Shown one piece after another: positions 58,485-64,000 of a stretch of 64,000 nt of DNA; position 1 is the first letter of the stretch, and the number at the start of each line of letters is the position of its first letter. Where the stretch lies: positions 780 through 64,779 of the forward strand of contig CAIQHB010000002.1 in the NCBI GenBank assembly GCA_903871465.1, read 5' to 3'. A model generated the notes under the pieces. That model was not told where the DNA came from and made no database searches. It saw only the letters and a list, made by a program, of their open reading frames with translations. A program made the translations under genes and the position numbers. Origin of the DNA: an uncultured Methanosarcinales archaeon (GTDB lineage: Archaea; Halobacteriota; Methanosarcinia; Methanotrichales; Methanotrichaceae).

Positions 58485-58650
58485 GTCCGTAACCAGAGGT
58501 TGGCCACAGGAAATGGCGGAGCGCCACATAAATGATAAATAGAAAGATTTTTTGCCGCCCATTTTATCACGTAAACTAATGCGATTACGTCATCCTGAAT
58601 CCTAAACCTTATATACGTAACACGTGTTAGTCCCTATTTCACAATCGTGA

Positions 58651-58715
58651 ATTGGCCCGGACGCGAGTCCCGGTTATGCGGATCAATGCATTCCTCATCC
58701 ACTCAAGAGGCCAAT
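58651..58715 (+). promoter_or_regulatory. Multibranch structured 5' leader of the pscS-metY-metX operon
   Basis: ATTGGCC/GGCCAAT closing stem, GCGA-capped hairpin and ATGC/GCAT hairpin, lying between TATA (CTTATATA ~58609) and SD GGAGG 58721. Confidence 0.45.
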
Positions 58716-58734
58716 CGTTTGGAGGCGGCGATAA

Positions 58735-62899
<4,165 letters not shown>

Positions 62900-63021
62900 A
62901 AGCTGGGTGTGCAAGGGCTTGATGCGAGCTGGATGCAGTAGATTTGGTGTATTTCCCAGCTGTATCCTCTTTTCGGGCTTCTAATCGGAAGCATTAAGAT
63001 TGCGTCAATTGAATGCGAATG

Positions 63022-63072
63022 TTTCGATTAGTCTTCAGCTTAACCGCCGTCGTCGCTCGGCCGGCCGCGGCC
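63022..63072 (+). repeat. 51-bp direct repeat, copy A (42/51 identical to copy B)
   Basis: tttcgattagtcttcagcttaaccgccgtcgtcgctcggccggccgcggcc. Confidence 0.8.
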
Positions 63073-63481
63073 ATAAGCCGCGCCCCCAACCATAGCGCGG
63101 GAGGCCCGCAGGGCCGACTCGCGGAACCCCGGAAGAATGTGCGAACGTTGTCCCTGCAAGCATTGGATAGATCCCCTATTCAATCAAATGAATCCTATTC
63201 CGTCGCAAAAATTATCCAAGCTCTTCTTCCGGATTCCGTGCGGGTGTTAAGCGCTGGGGTGACGGGGCCAGACTTATGGCCGTGCGGGCCCCCCTAACCC
63301 CGCGCTCTGCGGGGAACAATCTATGAAGCCCTGCCCTTTATCCTTGGACGTGTTTGAGAAAGGCCTCAGACACATTTTTTCCCCGCTTTTACTGTCTTTA
63401 TCCATATCTGAAGGACGCGGCCAAATTAGAGACATGTGGTAAGGCTTGAGCGGCGTTGACAGCATTGGCAGAATCGAAGAT

Positions 63482-63602
63482 TCATAACAGCTTCAAGGAC
63501 TCTTTTGAGCTCACCCCCGCCTGTCTGATGATTGCCCTCAGAGTGCCTCGATCACAGAGCCTTAACGCATTCACGTCCGGATATCACAGGCAATTTGCTC
63601 AT
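63482..63602 (-). pseudogene. hicA: HicA toxin with internal deletion and frameshift
   Basis: MSKLPVISGRECVKAL* joined out of frame to DRGTLRAIIRQAGVSSKESLKLL*; ATGA overlap with the hicB stop. Confidence 0.8.
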
Positions 63603-63805
63603 ACAACCGCCAGAAGAGCCTCAAAACGTTCTTCTGGAATGGTGAGGCCATCCTCCGCCAGTGCATTGATATATGCTTGGATCGCCTCTTTTATGTTGGT
63701 GATGGCCTCTTCTCGGGTCTTCCCCTGGCTGATGCAACCAGGGAGACTTGGAACTTCTGCCACCCAATAGTCGTCCTCGCCAGGGTAGATCATCACTTGC
63801 CGCAT
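63599..63805 (-). CDS. hicB: Short HicB-family antitoxin
   Basis: YWVAEVPSLPGCISQGKTREEAITNIKEAI motif. Confidence 0.9.
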   Translation of the reverse strand: MRQVMIYPGEDDYWVAEVPSLPGCISQGKTREEAITNIKEAIQAYINALAEDGLTIPEERFEALLAVV

Positions 63806-63926
63806 AGGCTTCTAGTTCTCTTTTCGACCATATAATACCTATGCCAAGCAATTCACAGATTTGCTTTTGGTTTTTATGATAGCCGATTTATGTCCAAAAA
63901 GTCGTGGCTCCATCGAAGACATTTGC

Positions 63927-63977
63927 TTTCAATCAGTCTACAGCCTAACCGCCGCCGTCTCTCGGCCAGCTTCGGCC
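63927..63977 (+). repeat. 51-bp direct repeat, copy B
   Basis: tttcaatcagtctacagcctaaccgccgccgtctctcggccagcttcggcc. Confidence 0.8.
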
Positions 63978-64000
63978 TGGAGAGGCGCCCCGTGCCCACC

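Noticed and set aside
63038-63252. Canonical attC site between GCTTAAC and GTTAAGC
   Set aside because: 215 bp is longer than typical attC sites and the L-boxes are not complementary

Overview
Chromosomal window from a methanogenic archaeon. A Methanothrix-like member of the Methanomicrobia is inferred from the complete mtrEDCBAFGH operon, methanofuran genes, SepCysS and CarS. Core loci: ychF, an FrhB/FpoF-family protein, mfnF, mfnB, mtr, carS, the HMG-CoA synthase/thiolase/DUF35 operon, a glycogen-type cluster, trm5, pscS-metY-metX, an intron-containing tRNA-Gly(TCC) and tRNA-Thr(GGT). The accessory region from about 8 to 34 kb holds a Nramp/MgtE-like module, a degenerate Top6A/Spo11-like gene and two tandem kdpABC operons. 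Both KdpA proteins have non-canonical selectivity filters, and the long KdpD has no kinase domain. The Kdp block is bracketed by two copies of a ~130-bp element made of a TATA box, a palindrome and structured hairpins, whose last stem is conserved in structure but not in sequence. This candidate ncRNA or leader is the strongest lead for something undescribed. Other leads: five unannotated microproteins below the ORF-track cutoff, a split membrane-anchored Cas4 beside a pseudo-thermonuclease, a KaiC-like ATPase heading a GT3 glycogen synthase operon, a multibranch leader before the Cys/Met operon, and a hicB-deleted-hicA unit flanked by direct repeats. No CRISPR array, rRNA or intact transposase was seen. 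All family assignments come from motif recognition by eye; no database search was run.
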